A DNA stretch of 64,000 nucleotides from a virus (IMGVR_UViG_3300021254_000029:32460-96459); one strand, 5' to 3'. Shown: positions 27,367 to 37,927, numbered from the stretch's first letter. The notes: generated by a model not told the origin, from the letters alone. Numbers and translations: made by a program.

Positions 27367-27591
27367 GAATTAGAGAATTAGAGAATAATCGGTTTTTTGA
27401 TGCTTGCGATGCGTGCTATTTCTGCGTCCATAGCACGCGGATTGTTGCCATAGATGATGAAGTGTCCGTTCCCCATCATGAAATCATTGTCCGTAGAACC
27501 GCGTTGCTTGTCATCGGCATCCAGCTTCCAGATGATTCCATTTTCTGTGGATTTGTGAATAGTCATAGTCGTAATTCGTGTAATTAGTAGT

Positions 27592-27807
27592 TTAGTTATC
27601 GCTCTCGCTGAACGCACTCAGCATGTCGTCGATAAAGAAACCCATCAGGCGATCGCAGTCACCTTGTTGCCAGCGTTCCAGCGTTGGCTTATAGTGCCGC
27701 TCGAAGTAAGACATGAAATCGGCAAACGTATCGAAGTGCCCGACCTTAATCTGTGTGCCGCCCTCTTCCATCTGGCGTGCGGCCTGTGCCAATGTCATTG
27801 TTGCCAT
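27592..27807 (-). CDS. Small hypothetical protein
   Basis: 71 aa ORF. Confidence 0.55.
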   Translation of the reverse strand: MATMTLAQAARQMEEGGTQIKVGHFDTFADFMSYFERHYKPTLERWQQGDCDRLMGFFIDDMLSAFSESDN

Positions 27808-27903
27808 AGTGATTGAGCTTTATGATGCCCTTACGGGCAGAAATTATATAACTGCCGCCGTTGGCGGGAAATTATTTATAGAATTTTATATTGAATTTTA
27901 TAG

Positions 27904-27961
27904 AATTTCTGGGCGCGCTCGGCATCCCGCAAGGGTGACGCCTGCCTGAGCAAGAAGCCCA
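27904..27961 (-). repeat. 58-bp hairpin element, copy 2 (inverted)
   Basis: See copy 1. Confidence 0.85.
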
Positions 27962-27969
27962 TCCCTACC

Positions 27970-28236
27970 CTACGCTTCCAGTCGTTGCACAGCCAGCTTG
28001 TGTGCCTTATACACATTGGGGATAACCTCACGGCGTGGGATATCCACAGCCACGTCGTAGTGCTTGCCACTGACAATCATTTCCACGCCGTACAGTTTTC
28101 GGTCGATACGATGCTGCCAGACATAAATCTTAGCGTACTTGTCGCCGTCGTGCGGCAGCGTGGCGTTCAGTTTGTCCGCCACTTCCAGATAGTCAATTCG
28201 TGCCATGACTTTATTTACAATTTGACGATTTACCAT
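27970..28236 (-). CDS. Small hypothetical protein
   Basis: 88 aa ORF. Confidence 0.55.
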   Translation of the reverse strand: MVNRQIVNKVMARIDYLEVADKLNATLPHDGDKYAKIYVWQHRIDRKLYGVEMIVSGKHYDVAVDIPRREVIPNVYKAHKLAVQRLEA

Positions 28237-28296
28237 TTACCATTTCATTCTTCACTCATCATTCCCAACGCTCCCCTTTAGGGGGCTCGGGGGCTT

Positions 28297-29952
28297 TCAC
28301 GCTGCCAGTCGTGCCCGCAGGGCCTCGCGCAGGCGGTCGGCGATGGATAGCGGAGCGGCAGGTTCTGCCTTAATAGGCACTGGCTTTGGTTGTGAAGTCG
28401 ATTTCACAACCACCTTGGCCTTCAGTGCGGCGGTTGGTTCTGCCAGCGCCGCCCCTTTTGCGCTGCACTTGCGCCCGCCGCGCTTCGGCGCAGCCTGTGC
28501 TTTGGTCTCCGTGCTTTCCGCCAGCCATGCCTCGATGTCTATAGTGTCCATCTCGTTGGCCGCCGGGTAGTAGTCGGCGCTTTCCGGCTTATCGTCGCGA
28601 CACATAGGCATCATAAGGCCTATTGTTTCGGCATTGCGGAACACCACCGCACGGGATTGTTCGGTATAGTGCATCTGCGTGGGTTGGAAGGCCAGCATCG
28701 CCAACGTCAGCTGTGCATTCAGCGCCGTAAACACTCCGCAGGCCACACCTCTCTCCACGGGGACCTGGGCGGTTGCGCTCTGCGAGAAATCTACGTCCTC
28801 GCCACTCAGTGTGATAGTTTCGGCACCCCGGCGCGCTGTCATGTACATATAATGCGACGCGCTGTTGAGCTGTGGCATCACTTGCTTCACGGCCTTCGCC
28901 ATGGCCTTTGCGTCGAAGGTGACAGCCCTGCCCACGGTACGAGGTATCACGCTCTGCCAGTTCGGGAATCGCCGTTCCTGCACCACCACGCCGCGCTTCC
29001 CTGTGCCGTCCTGAGCCGTGATTGTCATGGAAGCGTAGCTTTTAGCGTATTCGCGATAGTCGGAGAGCTCCACCTCCACTGTCACCGTGCCCTTCATCTG
29101 AGCGACCTCGCGCGGCAGGTTCACGATGTCCCATAGCAGCTCGCTCGTCACCTCGGCGGTATAGCCCTTAAGCTTGTGGGCTATCAGGATCTTTCCGTTT
29201 GTACATACGATGGTGTGTGCCTTGGTGTCCAAGGCAGGGTAACACATCGTGACCCGCGACTGATCATCATCCCAGCAGCGGCGCAACGGCGACAGCGCCT
29301 TGTCGGCCTCGAAGGTGAAGCGAGCCGCTGTAGTGCGCCCCTCCCGTACCTCTGTGGCGAAGGTGAACCGCCGCTGACGAGCTGCACCAACGCCCTCGGC
29401 CTTCTCCGCACGGGCTATAACCTCGAACAGCGAGAAGTCCGACGCCTGATAGCGCCCCGTGGGCGTTTCCACGGTGTACATCGTCTCTACGTCGCTCTCC
29501 GGCCATTCCACGGTCAGGGAGCCTTTGCGCGTAAAGTTGCACACCTCCTTGGCCGTGAAGGTGTCACGCCCATCAAGTCCATTCGCCTTGGCGCGGGCTG
29601 CCAGGTGCTCGCCAGCCTGATAGAGACCATCCAGCATCGTGCCGGCATGAATGACGTGCCGCTCAAACTGATGCCGCACGGCGAAGTCCTCGGCGGGATA
29701 GTCGTCGATGCTGCCGAGCACGCGGCGCACTCGCCACAATTCCTCGGCGGGGAACACCCTGCCCTCCTTACGCTCCGATTCCTGCACCTTCTCGATGGTC
29801 ACGCCTTCCGGCACGTCGGTGACGACCTGCTCGCCGCGAACGGCTACACGCTTCAGCGTTGTCAGATAGACCTCTGCGGGCCATCCCTGTGCCATATAGG
29901 CACGCATTTCGTCGTGGCTCTCGAAGTGCCACATTTTGTTTGTCTTTATCAT
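28297..29952 (-). CDS. Fusion protein with a C-terminal beta-clamp-like region
   Basis: IVCTNGKILI, RRFPNWQSVIP, LSGEDVDFSQSA, GLMMPM mirror clamp domains II-III. Confidence 0.75.
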   Translation of the reverse strand: MIKTNKMWHFESHDEMRAYMAQGWPAEVYLTTLKRVAVRGEQVVTDVPEGVTIEKVQESERKEGRVFPAEELWRVRRVLGSIDDYPAEDFAVRHQFERHVIHAGTMLDGLYQAGEHLAARAKANGLDGRDTFTAKEVCNFTRKGSLTVEWPESDVETMYTVETPTGRYQASDFSLFEVIARAEKAEGVGAARQRRFTFATEVREGRTTAARFTFEADKALSPLRRCWDDDQSRVTMCYPALDTKAHTIVCTNGKILIAHKLKGYTAEVTSELLWDIVNLPREVAQMKGTVTVEVELSDYREYAKSYASMTITAQDGTGKRGVVVQERRFPNWQSVIPRTVGRAVTFDAKAMAKAVKQVMPQLNSASHYMYMTARRGAETITLSGEDVDFSQSATAQVPVERGVACGVFTALNAQLTLAMLAFQPTQMHYTEQSRAVVFRNAETIGLMMPMCRDDKPESADYYPAANEMDTIDIEAWLAESTETKAQAAPKRGGRKCSAKGAALAEPTAALKAKVVVKSTSQPKPVPIKAEPAAPLSIADRLREALRARLAA

Positions 29953-30116
29953 AGTCGTATATGTTTGGGGGTGAATAGTCTTAGAAAAAGGACTGCCGCA
30001 TCATCACGACGCAGCAGCCCACACTCAAAATTCAAAAGTTATGTTTAGCAACATAATAGTTCCCGCAGTCGCATCAAAGCGGTAGGTCTGTGCCGCTGCG
30101 GGATAGTTTCACGATG

Positions 30117-30124
30117 CAAAGATA
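30117..30124 (-). promoter_or_regulatory. Bacteroidetes -7 promoter element
   Basis: TATCTTTG upstream of the clamp-like gene. Confidence 0.5.
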
Positions 30125-30183
30125 ATTCTTTTTCCGTGACATCCGTGCCATCTGTGGTCATTTTCCCACACAGATAGCACAGA

Positions 30184-30672
30184 TTATTTCACTTCCTTCT
30201 CCTTAATCTCTCCGTAAGTTCGGTTGGCGCAGTGGTCCTCGAAGAGGAAATCATCATCGTTCTTTATGCTCACAACCTCGTCGTATTCCTTCGATGCGGT
30301 CAGCGTCTGCCATTCTTCGTCCAGACACTTGCGAGCTTCCTCTTCCGTGCCGAACACATTCACAGATACGTTAGGCAGTTCCCACTCGCAGTCGTTCAGG
30401 AACGTCACCACATAGACGGTCTGCTGCTTCGCCTTCGCTTTCACCCTGGCATGTGCCCAGGCTTCGTTCACCACCTCGCCCAGCTCATGCTCATAATAGT
30501 TGTCGGCGAAGATTTCTTCCTCCTTGTCGCCCTCCTTGATGAAGACGGAATAGTAGGCATCGTCCACTTCCACGCCCGGCCCGTCGGGACGGACGATAAT
30601 CTCCATTCCGTACTGCTTCAGGTCCTCGTTAGCCATTTGCAGGGTGGCCTCCCAATCGTTTCTTGTATTCAT
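30184..30672 (-). CDS. Acidic hypothetical protein
   Basis: 162 aa ORF. Confidence 0.65.
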   Translation of the reverse strand: MNTRNDWEATLQMANEDLKQYGMEIIVRPDGPGVEVDDAYYSVFIKEGDKEEEIFADNYYEHELGEVVNEAWAHARVKAKAKQQTVYVVTFLNDCEWELPNVSVNVFGTEEEARKCLDEEWQTLTASKEYDEVVSIKNDDDFLFEDHCANRTYGEIKEKEVK

Positions 30673-30702
30673 AGTTCCGCTTAATCCGTTAAATCCGTTG
30701 TT

Positions 30703-31185
30703 TTACTCATTCACTTTCTCCACATCCCTGCGCAGGTGCCAGTAGATAGCCTGTGTCAGATAGTCCAGTTCAGCCAGCGACATTTCCGATGCCGGCTGGT
30801 GGGCAGGTTCAGCCATTTCACCCTGCCAGTTCACACCGCTGTTGAAGAACTGATAGAGCATCAGCGTCTCATATCCCGTCTCGTCACGCTCGATGTAGAG
30901 CGACCAGAAAGCGTGGTGCCCGAACTCGTCCGACAAGTCCTCTGGCGTGGGGTCTATGTCACCCTCAATGCCGTCCGCCCATCTCAGAGGCAAGGCAAAG
31001 GCACATCCGATTCTGGCAATGTCAAACACCTTTATGATGGTGTAGCCCTCGTCCTCCTCTATGCCGTGCTCGTCGCGGTAATAGTCGTTATAGTCGTCGC
31101 CGTTCTCACGCACCAGCGTCATCAGCGTGTCAAGCAGTTGTTCCTTGCACGCCTCTCTCACTTGATGAAGTCGCTCTGATTTCAT
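30703..31185 (-). CDS. Acidic hypothetical protein
   Basis: 160 aa ORF. Confidence 0.65.
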   Translation of the reverse strand: MKSERLHQVREACKEQLLDTLMTLVRENGDDYNDYYRDEHGIEEDEGYTIIKVFDIARIGCAFALPLRWADGIEGDIDPTPEDLSDEFGHHAFWSLYIERDETGYETLMLYQFFNSGVNWQGEMAEPAHQPASEMSLAELDYLTQAIYWHLRRDVEKVNE

Positions 31186-31288
31186 AGTTCGTTTCTTGTT
31201 TTTGTCCCGCAGAAATAGCGGAAATAGCGGAAATGTTCTGCGTGTATCCGCGATTTCTGCGAGACTGATTTAATTATGAATTAGCCAC

Positions 31289-32419
31289 TCACGCCGCCTT
31301 GGTAAACTTCGCCAGCACTTCGGGGTCGATATGCTTCAGGATGTTCTCGGGCACGTCCTCGCCCTTCATCAGTTTCTCCAGCATAGCCGCCACCTGCTTC
31401 TCCGCACTCTCGGCGGCACGGGATTCTTCATTCTTCACTCTTCGTTCTTCATTCTTCTTGGCTGCCCACTGCGCTTTCTTCTCTTCCCAGCGGGCCTTGC
31501 CATCGCGCTGTGCTTGCTCATAGATAGCCATGCAAGCATCCTCGGCACGGTGCCAGGCGTTCGCGTCGGCGGTGTTGTACGCTCCGCAGAGGGCCTTGGC
31601 CACGTCCATGTAGCGGACACCGAACAGCAGGATATACACCTTGTTGCCGTTCAGGTCGCGGCGATACGATGCCGACACCCACTTGTGCCCGGCGTCCTTG
31701 TGCGCCTTCCAGCGCGGGTCGTCCTCTCCGCCGAAGCCGATGATCTGCGGTGCTGTGTCGCCGCGCTTGGTGGTGTAGGTGGAGAACTGCACATGGGGAA
31801 GCAGACCCTCCCCCTGCCCCTCCCTTGTAGGGATGGGAGTAGATACCTGTGCCGGCTGTGCCTCGCTGATAGGTTGCTTCTTCTTCAGCGTCACCTTACG
31901 CTTGGGCGCAGGTTGTTCGTCGGTAATCTCCTCGGCCACTGCGTCCTGAATAGGCTCCTCTTTGTACTGCTCGGCGGTCATAGGCTTGCTGGCGGCTACA
32001 ACAATGTTATTCACTTGTGCGTTCTGCACGTTCTGGTTCTCGGACTTGGTGTTGGAAAGATTCAGTTTCATATTTTCGGTTGTTTGAGGGTTATTGTTTC
32101 GGTTGTTTGTGGCGGTAGTAGTCAGCTCGTCGCTGCCACGGCGCACGAGCTTCGTTGTAGGTTCGGGCATATCGCAGATAGCGACACGATGCCCTGCTCG
32201 AATGAGTCGGGGCAGGCACCAGTCGAGGTCCTGGTGCGGAAAGCAGCACATAGCCGTCGTGGGGTCGTTACGGAAATAGGCGAGGTTCAGATTCAGCTCC
32301 TTCGCCGCAGCGCGGGCATCGTCGTTGAATAGTTGGTAGAAGTCGCCGTTGCGGAACAGCAGCAGCGCGTCGGGATGCTTGCTCTTCAAGTCCCGATAGG
32401 TTTTCAATACGTTTGCCAT
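31289..32419 (-). CDS. Protein with N-terminal MutS domain I
   Basis: YRDLKSKHPDALLLFRNGDFYQLFNDDA...LPRLIRAGHRVAICD. Confidence 0.85.
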   Translation of the reverse strand: MANVLKTYRDLKSKHPDALLLFRNGDFYQLFNDDARAAAKELNLNLAYFRNDPTTAMCCFPHQDLDWCLPRLIRAGHRVAICDMPEPTTKLVRRGSDELTTTATNNRNNNPQTTENMKLNLSNTKSENQNVQNAQVNNIVVAASKPMTAEQYKEEPIQDAVAEEITDEQPAPKRKVTLKKKQPISEAQPAQVSTPIPTREGQGEGLLPHVQFSTYTTKRGDTAPQIIGFGGEDDPRWKAHKDAGHKWVSASYRRDLNGNKVYILLFGVRYMDVAKALCGAYNTADANAWHRAEDACMAIYEQAQRDGKARWEEKKAQWAAKKNEERRVKNEESRAAESAEKQVAAMLEKLMKGEDVPENILKHIDPEVLAKFTKAA

Positions 32420-32450
32420 AGTCAATTCGTGAAATTCGTGAAATTCGTTG

Positions 32451-33521
32451 TTAAATTCCCAGTCCGAACACCTCATTCAGCGTCTGGACAAACGCCAGGT
32501 TCTGCGGCAAGATGTTCGGCATATCCGTCCGAGCCACCTTGTAGATAGTCGTCGCACCCTGATAGATGTCATAGACGGTCATCGGTCTGCCCTGCAAGGC
32601 GCGCTCCGTTTGCACAATCGTCTGGTCCAGTCGGTTCAGCTGACTTGCGTCCATCGGATAGATGGCATAGTTGCCCGTCACCTGAGAGCGTATAGCAGCG
32701 TCACGGCTGTTGTACTTCGCATAGAGGTAGCGCAGATAGCCCATGAGCATCAGCACGTGTTCGTCCTTCAGCTCGTACTGCTGCATCCGTCGCAGCGCCT
32801 CCATGTCATCCACGAAGCGATAGCCTTGTAGCATCAGGTCCACCGCCTGCAGGAACTCCTGCGGGTTCAACTGCTTGCGGTTGCCATAGCTGCTCACGAG
32901 GTGCGAGGCTCCGAGGATAGTCTGATTACGGCAGGCGTGGCAGTGCGCTCCGATAGCGACCTGCAAGCCTTGTTGGTTGGTGGCCACGACGATATTCGCC
33001 ACATGGGTGTCGGTATGCTGACCGCTCAGTTCTATATTGCAGAAGACGCGGTTGAACGTCGCCGCCTTAAACGGTATGCGGTCGGTGCCCGTGCGCTCCT
33101 GGTAGGCTTCCTTCAGGGCACGGTTAATAGCGATGCCGTTGCCCTGCGCCTTGTTCACGTTGTCGGCCACGAAGAGGTCTGTAATTTTCACCTCGCCGTG
33201 ATAGTTCTTCGCCATTTGCGCCACCTTTCCGATGAGCGTATAGGCGTTCATACCATTGAGGAGGTCGCCGTTTCGGTCCTCGATGTCCGAGCCTGCGGCC
33301 AACTGCTCCAGCGTGATACCACGACTCTTACCCTCCTTGATAGGGGCGAAGTCGATGTTGTTGTCCGAGATAGGCGCAATCAGCGCGTTCTCATCAGCGC
33401 GGCTCAGCAACAAGTCCTCCAGAGGGATGTCGATAGGCTCGTAGGGCTTGTAGGTTGTCTGACTCATGTTGTTTCTCCTTGCCACGTGACGCTGTGGCAT
33501 AGCGATAGTTGTCGCTGTCAT
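32451..33521 (-). CDS. DUF932/DUF945-like protein
   Basis: GLQVAIGAHCHACRNQTILG and TVYDIYQGAT motifs. Confidence 0.6.
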   Translation of the reverse strand: MTATTIAMPQRHVARRNNMSQTTYKPYEPIDIPLEDLLLSRADENALIAPISDNNIDFAPIKEGKSRGITLEQLAAGSDIEDRNGDLLNGMNAYTLIGKVAQMAKNYHGEVKITDLFVADNVNKAQGNGIAINRALKEAYQERTGTDRIPFKAATFNRVFCNIELSGQHTDTHVANIVVATNQQGLQVAIGAHCHACRNQTILGASHLVSSYGNRKQLNPQEFLQAVDLMLQGYRFVDDMEALRRMQQYELKDEHVLMLMGYLRYLYAKYNSRDAAIRSQVTGNYAIYPMDASQLNRLDQTIVQTERALQGRPMTVYDIYQGATTIYKVARTDMPNILPQNLAFVQTLNEVFGLGI

Positions 33522-33553
33522 AATGCTTTTGAATTTTGATAGGTTATTTGTTT

Positions 33554-33643
33554 GGGGTCGCTGCGCTCAAAATTATTCAAAAATTCATTTCAAAAATTAT
33601 ATAATTTTATGGTCAATTTTCTTACAATTTTGAGCGAAGCGAC
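33554..33643. repeat. Palindromic REP-like element
   Basis: GGTCGCTGCGCTCAAAATT...AATTTTGAGCGAAGCGACC arms around an AT-rich core. Confidence 0.65.
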
Positions 33644-33683
33644 CAAGACTTTTCACTTCTCACTTTTCATTTTGCTCGTTGCC

Positions 33684-34535
33684 CTATTCGTGATAGAAGT
33701 CGTAGAGTTTCGTGCGCCATCCGTCCTTGCCCACTTTGCACGACACATCGCACAGGTCATCGCGGCGGAAGCGCGGTTGCGGTAGTCCGAGACCACAGTT
33801 GAGCGTAAACACAGGCGCCAGCACCGTGCCGCCTTTTTTACTCAAATAGATAGTGAAGGCTCGTCCGTGGGTCTCGTCCGCGTCCTGATGCCAACGGCGC
33901 AAGTCGCTTGAGAACCATATATGGTCTGGCTTTTGCAGATGGCCCTCGTCATCCTCGTAATAGAGACTCGCATCTAATACGATTTCCATGCCGTGATACT
34001 TCTCGTAGGGCGTAGCCTGTACGGGGTCGTACTTCGGCTTGCTGAACTCATCCTGCGCCCATGCCTCCAGCCGTTTGCAATAGTCGTCGATTTCCGCCTT
34101 TGTCATACAGGCGGCATCTTTGATTTCGTCCGATAGCTTACTGTAGAAGTCACGCAGCGCACGCACCTGCCCCGGTACGCTCCCCGCCCACAGATAGCGA
34201 GGATAGCCCTTGCGGCAGTCCATGCCCTCCGAGAAGAAACCCTCGCAGTCGCTCTTCAGTCGCGCCAGCATCATCATCTCGAACTCGTAACGCTTACACA
34301 ATTTCTCGTGTTCCGTAGGCGGGTTAGTGAGGATGATGATGCCCGTCAGCGTATAGTCAGGTTCGCCATCGGGGTCATCGCTCGGACATAGAATGTCCAC
34401 GGAGTTTATCTTTCCGCTCTCCACGGCGGAAAAGTGGTCCACATAGTAGCGACCTTTTTCGTCCTGATAGAGACCACCGTCCATCCAGTGCTCTCCCACC
34501 CTCGTAAGGGTTAATGTCCCATTTATTTGTGCCAT
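33684..34535 (-). CDS. Protein with an LPD11-like (large polyvalent protein) domain
   Basis: MMLARLKSDCEGF...YLWAGSVPGQV..LRDFY motif. Confidence 0.6.
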   Translation of the reverse strand: MAQINGTLTLTRVGEHWMDGGLYQDEKGRYYVDHFSAVESGKINSVDILCPSDDPDGEPDYTLTGIIILTNPPTEHEKLCKRYEFEMMMLARLKSDCEGFFSEGMDCRKGYPRYLWAGSVPGQVRALRDFYSKLSDEIKDAACMTKAEIDDYCKRLEAWAQDEFSKPKYDPVQATPYEKYHGMEIVLDASLYYEDDEGHLQKPDHIWFSSDLRRWHQDADETHGRAFTIYLSKKGGTVLAPVFTLNCGLGLPQPRFRRDDLCDVSCKVGKDGWRTKLYDFYHE

Positions 34536-34572
34536 AGTCGTATCTGTTTTTGAAATTCGTGATAATTCGTGT

Positions 34573-35106
34573 TTATCCCCACTCGCAGCCCTCCGCGTCC
34601 GTCTGTTCCCAGGCGATAGCGTAGGCCACAGCGTTAATCAGTCGTTCCATCGTGGCTTTCCACTCCTTGAATGTGTCTCGCAGTTCGTAGTCCTCAATGT
34701 GGATATAGTCCTCAATGTCGGCATTATAGTCAATGCACACCAGTGTCTTGAACAGCTGGGCATAGCTTACCACCTTGCCCATCTGATAGAGTGCGTCCAG
34801 ATGTTCCTTCGTTATCGGCTCGCACACCTCGCCGCCATAGCGCAGACGATGCGCCTCGTTGTTGAAGAAGATGCACCGCTGTACGAATAGGCACACGGCC
34901 TCGCTCAGGCGGTCGTACTCATAGAGGTGGTTAGGGTTGTGGAAGGGTAGGCCCATAGCCGTGCCCATGTCGATAGTGTGTCTCCTCCCCGTGCGGATAG
35001 AAGGCGATTGCAGGGTCTTCAGCACACTACCCATGCTGACGTCCCGTAAAATCATTACGCTCATAACTTTTGAATTTTTGAGTTTTACTTGATTACTTTT
35101 CGTCAC
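34573..35106 (-). CDS. Hypothetical protein
   Basis: ORF; true start probably ATG ~35064. Confidence 0.6.
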   Translation of the reverse strand: MTKSNQVKLKNSKVMSVMILRDVSMGSVLKTLQSPSIRTGRRHTIDMGTAMGLPFHNPNHLYEYDRLSEAVCLFVQRCIFFNNEAHRLRYGGEVCEPITKEHLDALYQMGKVVSYAQLFKTLVCIDYNADIEDYIHIEDYELRDTFKEWKATMERLINAVAYAIAWEQTDAEGCEWG

Positions 35107-35200
35107 TCAACACGGCATAGAAGCCGATGCAATAGAGAACGATTGCTAATACAATTTTTACGCAAATGTTGATTTCTTCCATGTTGTTTAGGATTTAGAG

Positions 35201-35452
35201 TTAGTCCTCCAGTGTATAGGCGGAATAGTCTGCCACCTTGAATATCACGTCGAGGATGAATTGAAAATTCTTCATGCTTACGCGCTCCGCAGAGCCTCCA
35301 TAGTTCTGCCAGTAGATGTACTCCTTGCCGTAGGATGGCGAGCCGTACCGCTCGCAGGTGTCAATCCAGCACACGGCCATAGAGCCATAGCGCAGCGTCC
35401 AGCCAGCCTTCAGCTTCTGATAGGCCTGGCGCAGTTTCTCACGTTTCGTCAT
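35201..35452 (-). CDS. Small hypothetical protein
   Basis: 83 aa ORF. Confidence 0.6.
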   Translation of the reverse strand: MTKREKLRQAYQKLKAGWTLRYGSMAVCWIDTCERYGSPSYGKEYIYWQNYGGSAERVSMKNFQFILDVIFKVADYSAYTLED

Positions 35453-35456
35453 AGTC

Positions 35457-36050
35457 TTATGCTGCCATTTTATAGGGTTGATAACTCTTGAATGTGTTCG
35501 GGTTCCACATATCGTCGCGTTTCATGCGGCGATCGCGCTTCCAGCCGAAGATGTCGGCGATATAGGGCATGAGGGAGTGACTGCGCTTGCGCACGTCCGC
35601 CTCGAAGTCCTCGCTATTGTACAGCAGCTCGTCTATTTCATCTTCGCTGCCATGGAACACGCGATAGGTGATGTAGTTCGTGCCGTCGTGGTGAGCGCAT
35701 ACGGCCTGACAGTCGTCCTGGTCGCAATAGTATTCGTTGCAGTCTTCCGAGATATTGAAGATGTCGCTCAGTTTGTCGCCCAAAATCTTGTAGCCCGTCC
35801 TGCGTCCGCGCCACGTCCCGACACTCGCGATGGCCACGATAGTGCCTCCTATCTGCCAGTTCAGGTTCATGCGCTCGCAGTCCAGCCAGTCGTTGATGTC
35901 TTCGCCGAACATCTCCCACGTATATTCGGGCACGTCCCCGTCGGGATAGTTAGCTGGGCCATTATCCTCGCGCCAAGCCTTCTCGTAGTCGTCATATTGG
36001 CAAGCATCGTCCGAGAAGATAACGTGCTTCCATTCCTTACGTTTTGCCAT
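35457..36050 (-). CDS. Conserved phage early protein
   Basis: IASVGTWRGRRTGY...HHDGTNYITYR motif. Confidence 0.65.
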   Translation of the reverse strand: MAKRKEWKHVIFSDDACQYDDYEKAWREDNGPANYPDGDVPEYTWEMFGEDINDWLDCERMNLNWQIGGTIVAIASVGTWRGRRTGYKILGDKLSDIFNISEDCNEYYCDQDDCQAVCAHHDGTNYITYRVFHGSEDEIDELLYNSEDFEADVRKRSHSLMPYIADIFGWKRDRRMKRDDMWNPNTFKSYQPYKMAA

Positions 36051-36069
36051 AGTGATTTTGAGTTTTTGT

Positions 36070-36429
36070 TCATGCTGCATTGAGTTCACGCTGATCCTCG
36101 CGCCAGCGACGCTCGCAGAGCGAGATAGAGAAATGTCCGTAGCGTTTGTGCCACGGGTCCAGACGCTCGTCCGGCTCGTCGAAGAACACCTGCCACAGGC
36201 CTTCGCAATAGCACAGGCGGCTCATGCCCACCTCGCGATCGTCGGCATAGGTGTGTACGTTGATAGGGCAATACTGCCCGGCCAGCGCAAACAGCGCGGG
36301 GCACTCCTGCCGATAGAAGTCCCTCATGGCACGTTCTTCGGCGTTGCCGTTCATGTCATACGGGTAGGTATAGGTGTATTCGCGTCCCCGTGTCGGGAGC
36401 ACGATACGCACTTTGCTGATAGTCGCCAT
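36070..36429 (-). CDS. Hypothetical protein
   Basis: 119 aa ORF. Confidence 0.6.
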   Translation of the reverse strand: MATISKVRIVLPTRGREYTYTYPYDMNGNAEERAMRDFYRQECPALFALAGQYCPINVHTYADDREVGMSRLCYCEGLWQVFFDEPDERLDPWHKRYGHFSISLCERRWREDQRELNAA

Positions 36430-36564
36430 AGTTCAGCCCTCCTTATTGTTTTTGTTAATCGCACGGTAGTAGTCCACCATGCGGATCTCACGCCCGTCGT
36501 CGTCATAGAAACGCGGGTGCAGGTTGTCGGTTCTATCTACTCTCATAGTCTTGTCCTCCATAGT

Positions 36565-36777
36565 TTAGGCATAGAGTCCATCGAAGGGATCCCATGTATA
36601 GTTCACACTGATGTTCTTGGCTTCGTCCTGCGCCATGTCGCTGATAGCGGCACGCGCTGCGGCGTCCATGCCGTTAGACACTGCCACTGATGCCAGGGCG
36701 ATGATGATACACTGATTCTGTGTCAGTCGCTGCGCACGCTTCTTGGCGGTGCTTGCCATTTTCTTTGTAGCTTTCAT
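36565..36777 (-). CDS. Small hypothetical protein
   Basis: 70 aa, A-rich leader. Confidence 0.6.
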   Translation of the reverse strand: MKATKKMASTAKKRAQRLTQNQCIIIALASVAVSNGMDAAARAAISDMAQDEAKNISVNYTWDPFDGLYA

Positions 36778-37204
36778 AATTTTTGAATTTTTTTAGTTAG
36801 TGTTTTTTTGAGGATAGAAAAGCATCCCCTGACGGGGAGGTGGGAGGGGTCTATTTGTCAAAGTACTTTGACGTGACGTCCTCGAAACGGTCGCGGCCCA
36901 TGAGGGCGCGGATGGCTGCAATAGCAGCACAGATGATGATGATTTCCATTTGTTCTCCTTATTTTCTTGGTTGATAGATAGACGGACACCGCATAAAAAG
37001 GCTGGTCATAGGTTGGCCAGCCTTTCGTTTAAGATAGTCCGCAATTCACCTTTTGTGACCTTTCGGACTTCGGATAGTTTCAGCACCGCCCATGCAAAGT
37101 CCACTATGAACTTTTTGACGGTACGCAGTGGGTATGTAGGCTCAGGCCGCTTTGCGGCTCTGCGCGCTTTCGGTAGCATGATGATTTGTGGCATAGTCTC
37201 ACCT

Positions 37205-37927
37205 TTACGCTGCAATACCGGCTTTCTTGGCCAGCTTGTTGTACTCGCTTGTGAGGGTGCGCACCTTGGCCTTGAGGGCACGCAGTTGTGTCTGGGCAGC
37301 CTTTTCACTATCCACCTTGTGAGCTTCGATAGCACTTGCGAGAGCATCGGCAGCCTCTTGCGCCTTACGCATACGCTCTGCGGCCTTCTCTGCGGCTGCA
37401 ATAGCGGCCTTCTCGGCCTTCTCGGCTGCACGCTCTTTTGCGCGAGCCTTCTGCGCCTTCGATACCTGGCCTTTGCGGTTCTTCGTAAGTTCGTCCGCAG
37501 TCTTCCCGAGCATAGCGGAGAAGGTATCATAGTTCACACTTTGCTCCAGCACTTCAGCGAGCATAGCGACAGACCAACCCTTCACGGGTACGAGCGCAAG
37601 CACCTTGACGGCCTTGCCCTTCTTGACAATAGGCTCGCCGTTTTCATCCTTTGCGGCTTGCATGGAGAAATGCAGGAACGAGCCGTCTTCTGCGTACATA
37701 CCTGCGTTGAGCTGCTTGCTCCACACTTCGGGCTGCATAGCCTTGACGTCAGTAAGGCCATAGGCTGCGAAGATTTCACGGCAGGCTCCGCCCTGAAGCG
37801 TCCAAAAGGTTTTAGCCACTTTGATAGCAGCCGACAAGCTCTTTTGAGCCTTGTTGAAGTCACGGATAGCCTTTGCAGCATTGATAGTCTCTGCGCTCTG
37901 AGCGCACTTTGCATTGATAGTAAACAT
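37205..37927 (-). CDS. Ala/Lys-rich first early protein
   Basis: MFTINAK...; high-expression codon usage, AAAATTCAAAATT leader. Confidence 0.75.
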   Translation of the reverse strand: MFTINAKCAQSAETINAAKAIRDFNKAQKSLSAAIKVAKTFWTLQGGACREIFAAYGLTDVKAMQPEVWSKQLNAGMYAEDGSFLHFSMQAAKDENGEPIVKKGKAVKVLALVPVKGWSVAMLAEVLEQSVNYDTFSAMLGKTADELTKNRKGQVSKAQKARAKERAAEKAEKAAIAAAEKAAERMRKAQEAADALASAIEAHKVDSEKAAQTQLRALKAKVRTLTSEYNKLAKKAGIAA

